From Laetmonice hystrix (taxonomy: Eukaryota): a DNA stretch of 64,000 nucleotides. Position 1 is the first letter of the stretch; each line of letters begins with the position of its first letter. The translations under genes were made by a program, and so were the position numbers. The notes under the pieces are model-generated. The model did no database searches. It worked only from the letters and a program-made list of their open reading frames with translations, and was not told the DNA's origin. The stretch spans positions 29,636,001 through 29,700,000 of the forward strand of contig OZ249437.1 in assembly GCA_965235115.1 (NCBI GenBank). Direction: 5' to 3'. Of this stretch, positions 12,801 through 24,800 are shown piece by piece.

Positions 12801-15800
12801 CATCCTCATATATTTACACTTCCGTGGTTCACATTATAAAAAGTGGCCGGTCTGCAGTATACACCAGCCGCACAGAAACTGTTTCGGTAGTAGAATATTA
12901 AAGGGCTGTCGTTTTATACATTGTGCATAATCTTTGTGGAATGGAAGAAATGTTTTTCTATAGGTTCCCTGAATAATTGGAACATGTTGGTAGAGGGAGA
13001 GGCAGTGCTCCCGACTACTTCATATTATCTTTAATGTTCGTACCAAGGCGACATGCTATCTCCCCCGACACACCCCTCACCCAAGCCCTCGTGCCCCAAC
13101 TCCCCCCGTTCATCTTCCCCATGGATTTCCCCCGGGGCATTATCCTTTCTAGGGCACCCCCACTCCCCGAAACACACCGACAGCTCTCCCGTTAAGATTC
13201 AGGTTGAAGAAGGAGAGGATCTAGGAATTTGAAGGGGTGGGGAGAAGGATGCCGAGAAGGGGGTATATTAGGGATAAAATTAGGAAACAGAATGAGTTGA
13301 AGGAGAGATGAATCCTTCAACTGGGTCCGCTCTCTTGCAGAGTATTTACCTTTACCATCTTGAAACATGTTCAAGACGACTCTAAAATGAAATACTTTTT
13401 TTTCTACTTAATAATAATCTCTGCATGTCCGGTAAACGTTTTTCCCATTCACAAAGTTTACTGGTTGCCTAAATAATATGTAGTCAAATCTTGACCGAGC
13501 ACGTGTGTATTATTAATATTAGAGTATTAAAGGGGCATATTATGAGGAAACGTAAAAAATCGGTATTTCAAAGAACTTTTGCTGTTTTCATAAAGAGATC
13601 CTTCATTAAAATTGCTTGGTAAACAAAGACAGACTTATCAGTTTCAATTTGCGTGAGAAATCGAAGTTTATGAATCTCCCTTGCCCGCTTCTCTGTCGAT
13701 TTCGTAAAATATTTTTGGGTGGCATTCTGATGCCGAACGAGTGCAACTGCTGAATTGTTTACAACTAAGCGAAGCACGTGACTAAGCACATGCAGAGAGT
13801 GCACACGCAGGATGTGACGCAGTACACGATTACACGGGTTGATGGGAGGTTGTCTACCAAATTATGGCGGGAGATGTGCTATCGGGAGAAATCTATGCGT
13901 GTGGTTGTATAGAACCTACTTGTGCTGCATACGCAGCGAAAACACGTCGGAGGACAAAATGCTGTGGTAGGATTATTTACGTGAAAGCGTAGTACAAGAC
14001 CTGCAACAACAGGGATGTACGGTTCACAGGAAGCGTAGTACAAGACCTGCAACAACAGGGATGTAGGGTTCACAGGAAGCGTTGCTAATGCGTTGCCTAA
14101 TTAAAGGTGATTAGGCGAAGGCGCCAAGGCAAAACAGGCATTAAATGGATGTCTTATTCTCGTTCGATTCAGTAAATCTATGGCTCCTATTTCACAGGTA
14201 GGGCGACTGTCGACTTTTATGGGTCCTGCACACTGTCGAGGAGGAAATCACCGAACATTTAGTTTTAGAAATGTCACGTAAGACGGCATAAAGCTCGTTA
14301 CTTACGGGGCGAACAAAGGACAAAGCAATGCTCAGAGGAAGAAAGATTTGATAGTATAAAAACAGTCAATCGGTACTGCGGGAGTGGGATATACACAGAG
14401 GTGCATCCACAGGCGACTGCGTTTTCTACTTTANNNNNNNNNNNNNNNNNNNNNNNNNNNNNNNNNNNNNNNNNNNNNNNNNNNNNNNNNNNNNNNNNNN
14501 NNNNNNNNNNNNNNNNNNNNNNNNNNNNNNNNNNNNNNNNNNNNNNNNNNNNNNNNNNNNNNNNNNNNNNNNNNNNNNNNNNNNNNNNNNNNNNNNNNNN
14601 NNNNNNNNNNNNNNNNNNNNNNNNNNNNNNNNNNNNNNNNNNNNNNNNNNNNNNNNCAAATGCTGGTCCCTGTTCGTGTCCTTATTTTCAAGACGGAAGG
14701 CATGCTTGTTGCTTGTATAATGCGTGTTTCCAGCGTGCAAGCATGCGTTCTGTCTCTTCCTCTCGTCTGAGTGAAATATCTGATGGTTTCTGCCGCCATC
14801 ATTAGTCCTTCCATTGCAAGATCTGAGAAAGTGCTCGTAGTACATCGATCGACCATCATCAGCCTCATCTTGTCGCGTGTTCACGACGTTACGTCGCTGC
14901 CGACCCAGCGCCAGCGAGGCCGCCAATCAGGGGCCTCATTAGATTGATGGCACGCGTCACGTGACAATAATCTGGTCCTTAGGGATATCTCCTTGGTTGG
15001 AATGCTGCTCCAGCTGGTGGATAGCCCCGAGAAAGAGACCTCAGATGCTGACATTCCGCCAGCAACAGGTTCATTTGCAGCGGCCAGGTCCGATCAATAT
15101 GTATACATCCGTGTGCTAATGAGGGCGGCCATTTTGTCGTCTATAATCTAGGCCTACATGTCAACGGTAGAGGTTGAAATACTGGGGCAAGTCATATATC
15201 GCGGAAATGAATGGATTTAGTTGTTTTGATTTGTATGAGCACATATGAGTCGCATGAAATATGTCCTAAATTCTATTTTTGTAAATCTATACTTGAGATA
15301 TATACTTTATAACGATACGCCGTAGATCAATCAGGCACTGCGATATTCGTTATCATGCTTCCCATGTACACGCAGACTAACGTAGCTTAATGGAATCTTG
15401 GATTCTCTGCTTTTGTGGGATTCCCTATCCGAAGAAATACTTCAAAGCAATAGTGTTTTGGACAGCTGCTTTAAGTACGTCTGTTTTAATGGACTTCTGT
15501 CAGGAAGTTTTACAGAAAAAAGTGTTTACTGTTGGGTTTTACAAAGATTTTACGTGCATTATTTAGACATACAATGTGTACTATTTGCTATAGGGTGGGG
15601 ATGCAGCTTTGTTTTCGTAGCGATATACCTTGCCTAAGATAACAGAGTTGACATTTACGGATATATAACATACTTTTCAGCAGCTGCCGTCAAAGAGCCA
15701 CTTATAAGTGAAATATAAAGCGCTTTCGAAGTTATGTTATAACTGTAACTATAAAAGAGATTTGCGAATTAATACACGTTAAGACGAAATGTAGAGACAC

Positions 15801-18800
15801 ACATAACAGGAAACGCCTCAAAATATGGCTTTATCAAAATGTTTAGATATAACAGGTTTATATTGCAAAATTAAGCTTGTGCCCCTTTGTATGGTAATCA
15901 TATTCAATTATCGTACAAATTTACAAAGTGCACCAGCATACTGAACCATAATCCATGTGTGAAAACGTTTCTGGATTGTTGTAACCTGACTAATTACTAA
16001 TGATGTATTGTTACCCTAGCGTAGTGAAACGAAACATGGATCCTTTAATTAAATATATGATTTCTTATCAGCCGATAAACATACTTCAATCAATAATACA
16101 TCATCTCGCCTGCACCTTTACTTCATATACCGACCGTACAGTTGAGTGTAGAAAACGAAATATAATCCTGTCGTGACGTCACATGAAATAGTAGTTCCGC
16201 ATATGAGAATTAAATGAAATGTAACATTTAAAGTAATTAAATATATGATTTCTTATCAGCCGATAAACATACTTCAATCAATAATACATCATCTCGCCTC
16301 CACCTTTACGTCAGAAAATGCGTACAAACCCAGATATATTTATCTATAGTTATAACAAGTAATTCCTATAGGATTGAGAATCCTTTGTTGATACATCGAA
16401 TGCACCATCGTTAAATTTGTCATCAACCGAGAGAAATAAACTCGGGGAGGTGGTCTCACAAAAAGATTTTTCCATTACAGGGATTCATTGTTCCAAGAAA
16501 TAAGATGATGATATGGAAATTGTATGTTGCCTAGTCACAACCCATCAAAAGGATTTCTCAGATCAAAGTCTTCCCGTTCTATCCATTTTTGTAACTTAAC
16601 GAAATCGACGTTCTAATTGCGAGGCGTTCCATTTCCTTCCAGAATACACGGCGCTGTCGAACATGCCGGTTTCCAAATCGACCGTGCTCGATGACGGATG
16701 GGTGAAGAATGAATTCGAACCGACTCCCATTATGTCCACCTACCTGCTGGCCTTTGTCGTCGCTGACTTCCGGTCCCGCGAGCGCGTCAGTGAAAGCGGC
16801 CTGACGGTAGGTGTTGTGATAACTCTTCCATGGAAACAACCCCCTCCCAACACTTTCTATGTCTCCTGCCTTCATCTTTACTAGAGAACTCTTTACTAGA
16901 GACCACACTCAGAGCTGGTCTGGCTCGTTTCCGCCTTTTTGTGAAACAATACTAGGTCAACGCGCTGCCAAACTCGGTATGAAACTGAGACTTCTATTGA
17001 ACTATAATCTACGAGGCGTTCCATTATACATTATACATTATACATTATACCAAGGTGGAAATTAGTGTAGTAAGATCCTAGCCTACGCCATCTTCACTAT
17101 TCAGTCAAATAGGGTGACAAAACCTACTCGTACCGTTAGTTGTTACGTATCGACCAAGGCTATCATTAACACTGACAGATAACACGATTTCATTCGGTGT
17201 ATTTTATGAAATTATAGAAGGTTCTCAGCGAAATGGTTTAGTATATGTGCAGGGACTATTTACACACATGTAGCCAACATGAGGGGAATGAATATACATG
17301 TATGAGTACGGCTGTATTTAAATGGATCCCATATTATGTACTGCCTATGTGCCCGGAGCAGCCATACCACTTAATACAAAATCAGAATACAATCGCGTGG
17401 AATAGAATCATACATTTCACTCCAAATACGCCATTTGTGAAGCCCCTTCAACATCCAATCATGTTTGACGCGACATTTCTATTTTGTGGCAAAGTATGTT
17501 TATTTTGTGGCAAAGTATGTTTATTTTGTGGCGAAGAGTCTCAACCTACCGACTTTGATTGTCATAGGTTTCCCTGTGAGATCTGTGGTCGCTTGTGGTA
17601 GTTTCAAAGTTACGTCATTTACTAAAGGCAGTGTTGGGTCATGAAAGGGGTCGCCAGATACCCTCAATGCCTGTCAGATCATCACAGGACATCGGTGCCC
17701 CTTAAACTTCACTCAATCTATATTTGATTTCCCAGTTTGTCTCTTTACATCAAAATTAACGTGGAGTGAGAAAAAGTTTGTCAAAAAGGTCGTCACGATA
17801 CAACGCTCTACAAGCTCCGAAACCTGAGGGCTGACACATATACCAGAGTCAAGTTAAGTTTTCATTCTTTGATAGCAGTAAAACGCTTCCTGATGACTTA
17901 TCTTGGACATCTGTGGAGAAACAGATGAAGGTAATCGAATTGGTTCTGGGAAGTGAAGGCGGTTCCTGCAATGATTCACCTGATCACGTATTCCCTGTGT
18001 CTCTAACGAACAACACTCTATCACTGATTATTGACTGCATCAGTTTACAATCGTTATACGTTGGTTTCCTAGATCAGATTGTGTTCATTCCTTACATTTC
18101 CTATCTGTGCGTGTTCCCATCACACGAGGCCGTGATGACAAGGAAAACATGATAATAATTATCAATTTCCAGGAAGCATTTCTTGACATCAAATTCATGT
18201 CTTTCGGCCTAATTTAGTTATAGGATATTATCGATGGTGATGGCCTAGGTAATGGAAACATGCGGGGTTTACAACAGTCACAGACGTTGAGGTCGTGGCT
18301 TCTTGCGTGGAAGCAAACGATTTGGTTAAAGCCCTCGGATATATTTCCTGATGTTCTCTGTCTCCCTCTCAATCGCTCACTCTGTGTCTGTAAGGGAAGG
18401 TAGTTCTGACCTTACCTTGACCTCGGACTGGCTTGATTAGGGAGAAGGCGTTCCAATAAAGAGACCCCCTGCTCAATAGCGTGTTTTACATCGCTTGGCG
18501 TTGTCCTGGCGATCTATACTTGTCCACTTTAACTCATTTACTCACTTTAAAGCAAATTCTATTGCTAGCTGCCGTACCAAACAGATCCTCTCGTGCCATG
18601 GTAGTTTGTCGACAAGTGTATATCATTATCTGGAGGCAAGGCCTGTACTGATGACTTCCGTGTCATTTCAAAGCCGAATTGCTTTGTAATGGAAACTCCT
18701 GAGTAATCGAAACGAGAAGGAGGAAACTTACATGGAATCAGCCATAGTCACTTTATACGCTGAAGATGACCATTCACTTTGTTCGCAGAAGCTAATTGAG

Positions 18801-21800
18801 CAAACATGTAAGGAACCGGTATAGAATGTTTTAGTCGTTCCTTCCAAGGTGCACGGATTCCATCTTTTCGTTCCAACGAAGCCAATGAAGGGTTGCTTCG
18901 CGGAGAGCCCTCGCCAATCTCTTTTGTTTGCCACTAGGCTCCCCCCAACAATAAAATGGTCACACTAGTCTTTGCTGCTCGTAACCTGGGGAACTGCCGT
19001 GTAATACCACCGGTATTCGCTACTCATCTACACATTAAGTCAACCGACCAAGGGACTTTGACACTATTATATTTCATCCAAGTGCATTCATCTAAGCAAT
19101 TTCAGGACTGTACTGAAGTACAGGGTTCCGTTTTATATTTCTGTTGGGTGATTAATACCGTTGACACACCGACGCTCCAATGCGCTTCAAATCGCCTCAA
19201 ATCGCATTGATACGGTTCGTGACACACCCAACACGGTTCCCAATGCGCATTGAATCGCATTGAACCCAAACCACATCCACATGTGGATTCAATGCGCATC
19301 GAAGCGCATTGACAAAACCCGTTTTTGGTGTGTCAACGGTATTACTGTTGTGACCGTCTAAGGTCGAAGAAGCTCGACTTTGACATCAACAGGAAGGCAC
19401 GGAGCAGTTGGTGCTAGGTGAGAACTCAAATGGAGGTCAACGGGAGTACAGCTGATGTTTACATTTCATTGACCGTACTGACCACACTACATGGCTCCTA
19501 TATCTCATGATATATAATCAGGTGTAAGTACATTATACCCATTACACCCCTACAACACCACAATCTCATTTCTCCTTCATAAAGGCGTGTTGGCGCCGAG
19601 CTCGTATACTGACACATTCTCTAGCCTCTGATAATCTCGTAGCGTAATCATAGGAGCAAAGATTGCATGTTCCTGGTGAACTTCAGTATGATTCCGCTGG
19701 AGCCAGTAGGTAATGGTGAGTTTCGGGTTCTAGCAGGCCTCGCCTGAAGCTCTAGCAAATCAATGGGTTGCGTGTTGTAGGACAATTTATCAGCAGCGCT
19801 GTTTTCTTCAGCTCTGGCTCCAAAGGGTATGGCAAAGACAGGAGCCAAGATATCCTGTTACTTCTAGATTCAGGGACCCCGGATTCCATGACCAAAACAT
19901 TAAAAAAAAATATATTAAATAAACCAAAGTACAAATGCGATAGGCAATACCGCGCCAGAATGCAAAAGACAACGGCAATTCGTCATGATATTTCCTGTTG
20001 AAATTTAAATCTAATGGAGGCGCTATCACTAGTATCGAAGCCCATATATATTATTCATGTCGGCACAGTGTTAGTCAATGTAGAGAACGGGGACTGTAAC
20101 GAAGGACAGGCCATTCATAAACGTGACATTCATCGAATGAATGAGTGACAATGTCGGCAGACAGTATACTATAAGGTTATAGAACAGGGAACGGGTGTAT
20201 ATCCACACAGGAGCCCTTCATCCCAGTTATCAGTCAGTTATTCAAGGCTATAGGATATCAGGCGAACACAGAATGAGAAATCATTCTGCTCTGGCATTGA
20301 CAGATAAATGTCTGCCGACGTGCTCAACAGAACGTGCAAAACAGTTTTCAGGTCTATGATTTAAGTTAGTGCATTGACATTAAATGCACCCGTTAACCGG
20401 AGATAAAATGTTTGCGTTTTTCGTGAATTACCCTTGACAACGATTGGATGGCATTTGGTATCACGTGGTTGATCACATGACTTGTTCATGATAGGCCCCA
20501 CTCCATGGAAAATAGCACATGCCATGGATGAGGCTTAAATCTGCCATTACCGATCTCAAGTCGCTCTCCCACCATGGCCGTCTTGACCCGCTGGTGGACA
20601 CGATGACCTTGACGACTGCTCACAGCAAGAGTACAATGTCTAACAAGGTGTGCGTCTTCTCCAGTCGTCTTTCCGCAAATTCTACGGCATTCCAGTTCCA
20701 GTTCAATGAGCGACCATGAGATAAGAAATGGTACCATAGATACGCGTAAAAACTGTGGAGAAATAATATGTCGTATCTGTAGCTCCGCTATGCGCAGGAA
20801 GATGGTTGGCTCGAAGAACGGTTTCTGAAGTAATAGGCTAGGGGTGACCAAAAACGAAGGTGTTTTCTGTGCAGTGTTTTGCTGTAACCAAACTGACACC
20901 CCCCCCTCACCACCACCTCCACCACCTCCACCACCAGAACATTGACCAGCAATGCACTTCACACGACCTGGTGTTGTTTCAGAAAGCTGATGCCAACTCC
21001 ACCCTTCTAGCCTCAACACTCGCCTTTTTACGGGAAGTAATATATAGCGAGAGAAAGAAGAAAGAGCCAGAAAAAGACAAATGGGCCTTTGTTCTACACG
21101 ACACACCCTAAAAAAATTGGGTAGCCTTTTCATTGCTGGCGATCAATAAGTAAGATTCCGCGTTCAGTCTTGAGTAAGTCATGAGGCCTCAGTTGTTTGT
21201 GCCGTGTTGGCTCGCGATTGAATCACGCAGTCCTCACAGTATGGGTCCTACTACACTCCGAGGAGAGTTCCACACGCGATGTTTTGAACAGTCCTCTTGG
21301 CGGCCTGGGGGCTATGTAACTCGTGCAGTGACAAGTGTTTCATTCAAACAAGACAGTTGGAGAACGGAAGTTGGAGGGTGAGGAATGACGTATATTTTGT
21401 TTAAAGGGATTTGTATTTTGTACCTGACTCCAACACCCAATCATCTCGTGTGGCCAAGAGATTGCATATGAGGTGTCCTGAAAAATAGTTCAAATGTGAG
21501 CCGTACCAAGATTGGCATACAATTCATCCACTGGGATTTTATATAAATTTTCCAGCTGTTATTCATTATTCTTCATAAATACTTTCCTGGTGGATGCGGC
21601 GACTCGGTAGAGGGGAACGGAGAAGAATCATATGAAAATTATTGACCCAAAGAGGTTGTGTAAGCGGTGTCAAATAGGGAACTTTCAAACGGAAAATGGC
21701 TTCAAAGAAGTAGTCAGACCCACTGGGCCATTATGTGCCCATCGAGCCATCTTTGGCATTAAAATAAACTGACCCTTGTATCCCCATCGTGTGTGCACAC

Positions 21801-24800
21801 GGCCTGATAATGAGCCAGAGGGTAGACTGGTCTTAACATCACTTCGCTCTCTGTACCTGCTGTCATAACCAACCATCACCCGACCCAGGAAAAGGACATC
21901 TGGAAAGGGACATTCGGTTGTGCAGATCAATGGTACGAGACATTTAGACGCGTTGCCGACCCTCGTCCAGTGTCGATCGTTTGGTCTTACTGCATCGATG
22001 ACCTCCCAATGCACCAGGTTCTGTCTGTCGGCCGACGATGACCTCCCAATGCACCAGGTGCTGTCTGTCGGCCGACTGGGCCGTGCCGAAGTAGCCCGAG
22101 GTTTGCCGAGGACAAAACCAAAGTCCCGATGACGTCCGTTATCCATGTCACCTGACCCTGAGCACACATCAAAGGCACCATGACATCCGAGATCGAAGTT
22201 AACTGTTATCAGTGCCCCAGGCCATGATCGAAGCTCAGAGCGGCGGTGTTCCTGCAGGACAGCCTTTGCAACTCTATAGCAGGTCTGTTGTGTGCAGTAC
22301 GAAACTAACACAAAATGACATCGTAGATGGTTGTACATGTTTATGTACATGTACATGTATGTGTGTGGGAAGGTGCCATGATGGCGTGCTAGTGGGTATG
22401 TGTCGGTGTGGTGTAGGGGTGTGGTTTCTGTGTAGTGGCGTCAGAACTGGGCACCAAGCCATGAGGTTCGGGTTAAACCAATATAAAGATCCATTAAACC
22501 ATGATCAGAGATGTGCCATATCGTGTCTATACTCGCAGGCGAGGGCGCAAACAAACCTCAAAGATAGGTCTCTGTAGCTTCCGACGTCTGTAGGAATGGT
22601 GAGGTATTGGATAAAGTGTGGACGTGGGTGTGTGTGTATGTAGGGGTCTGGTGGTGGGTGGGTGGGTGGGTGGGGGTAGTGGAAAGGTCGGGCGATATGG
22701 TCATTATGCGATAGAAAACGTCTGCTTTCACTTGCCAATGTCTGCTCCATTACAGTAGACCAATACATCATCATTTGTCTCACTCACCATGCACCCTATC
22801 ATGGCGTGTGTGGTTAATATTACATCGGCCATGAAATGATTGATGGCTCCCCCTATTTTCATTACATTTTCTTGTTTACTCATCCCTCCTTGTTTACTCA
22901 CCCTTTTAACCAGATAAGCATTTGGTCCCAGCCAGACACCTTCGACCAGACGGCCTATGCGTTAGAATTTGCCGAGAAAGCGTACGACTTCTTCGCCAAA
23001 TACTTTGGAACACCGGAGGTTGTTCCTAAAGCAGGTAAGGGATTTAAATATATTAACGTGTTCAGACAGCTAAAAAATGCAACATTGTAATGCGAAACAC
23101 ATTTATATCCAAAAAGGTCTTACTGTGGATCAGAATAAAGCATTTGACGGAATGCTAATATGAACCACTTAATGAATTTCTGTTTTAAAGAGTTCTTTTA
23201 CCAGGTAGTGGAGCTCCCATCCGACCTCATCTCCCGATCTCACGGCTACTATAAATCAACGCCTACACAAGCCTTTCGGAGAATTCGATTGTTAGATATA
23301 TAATAAATAGAATAGACACCAGTTAATCTAGCAAACAGAAAATCTCTAAGGCAGTCTTTCCGATTGTGTTGCAGTTTGTAATAATTTTTGACTAGCACAT
23401 GTTGTCTACTCAGACAGTCTGAAGAAAACGTTCTCTACTCACCGGAGAGATTGAGAATAACAAATGAACCAAAACGAATTATTTCAGACCACGCGGCAAT
23501 TCCCGACTTCAGCGCAGGAGCGATGGAAAATTGGGGTCTTGTGCTTTATCGCGAAACCACACTGCTTCACGATGAGGATGTCTCATCCATCTCCAACAAG
23601 TACTGGGTTAGCCTCGTTATGGCTCATGAGATAGCTCACACGGTAGGTAGATTACATTACAATACTCCAGGGACTGTCATATTCGTGTCAGCAAAACGGG
23701 AGACGCCGGGAAAAAGAATCCTAGATTTCGATCCAAGTTCTGTACGGGCTTACATGACAAAATTATAGTAAGGTAGGGGCCCCCCCCCTCAAGAGCGTGT
23801 CAGATTGTGGGGGTGATTGCTGTCTCGTCTGCCACTCCCCGATGAAGGTATCCAATGGATACAAATCACCGCTTGCATAATAGACCCAGCAGAGGTCTGA
23901 TGCATGTCCACTTCGTGTTCTTGATGTCGTTTGGGCGAAGCTAATAAATGTGGCATGGGGACAATCTGATGTAAAAATTGCTCATGCTCTTAATACATTT
24001 TCTTTGGGGTCTCTAAAAGCCGCGCCTCCCGGCAAATTGGGCAGGTCCGGCCAGACACGTGATACTAGCCATCAATCACTGCGCACGCTCAGAGGTTTCA
24101 TACAACGCATGACAGAATGAGGCATTCCTGGCAGACTTTGCTGACTGACATACGAGCCGGATAGAAAATAAATATAATTTAAAATAACGGTTTTTATGAG
24201 AGAACAACTGCGTGTAAGATTTCATGTAGCGTATAGTTTCTCCCAGATAGCATCGGATTGATTATATTCATTCGTATTTTCCGAGGATGACTGAACAGTA
24301 ATTATAGGAGTCCGATGTAATCCTTCTGAATCAGTTCCTCTCTGATGTGGGGTTCGAACTCAGCTGCAAAATAAGGTTAATTTTCTTGTCACTGATATCG
24401 GAAGTGTCGCCCTGTATTTTCTTTCCTTTTGCGCCTTCTTCATTCCTGTCGTGACCGTTTTCCTAACTTTCGCTACCTTTAAATGAGATATGATGCAGAC
24501 GCCGAGGGCTAACTAGGATATAGATCAAAAGACTATACTGTTACTTTCTGCCCATGCCCCAATTCATCACCACCTAGTCTTACGCCGATAACTTTAGCTA
24601 AGACCCAAGTTTTAAGGAGATTTCTTCCTTTTAGTTTTATACTCGGCTTTAAATCAATTTAGTCACGTCGTTTTTCGTCTTAAATGGCCACCGAGGGTCC
24701 AAAACAGCGACAAACTGTCTGCTGCATAGATCAGCTGGCCGACGGAGTCGTTACTTAACGTTGTCGTCTGTAACGTTGTGTGGGCGTTTAACGGAACATA

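Noticed and set aside
13987-14082. Short two- or three-copy tandem duplications (46 bp here; 21 bp near 17480; ~35 bp near 52780)
   Set aside because: Ordinary slippage products with no relation to exons or elements.
2087-14926. ORFs containing X runs (2087, 2176, 2208, 4139-4500, 14384-14926)
   Set aside because: Open only because they cross N gaps.
21685-22356. 223-aa minus ORF with VLQEH, vaguely AP-endonuclease-like
   Set aside because: It contains a 40-bp tandem duplication (21996-22075) that would break any real frame, and other motifs are missing.
23839-23865. Hammerhead ribozyme-like strings here (CCGATGA-GGTATCC aat GGATAC-AAA) and at 3052-3085 (CTGAAAA...GAAACGTC)
   Set aside because: The conserved CUGANGA and/or GAAA cores are mutated and no stem I pairing is found; at most these are dead relics.
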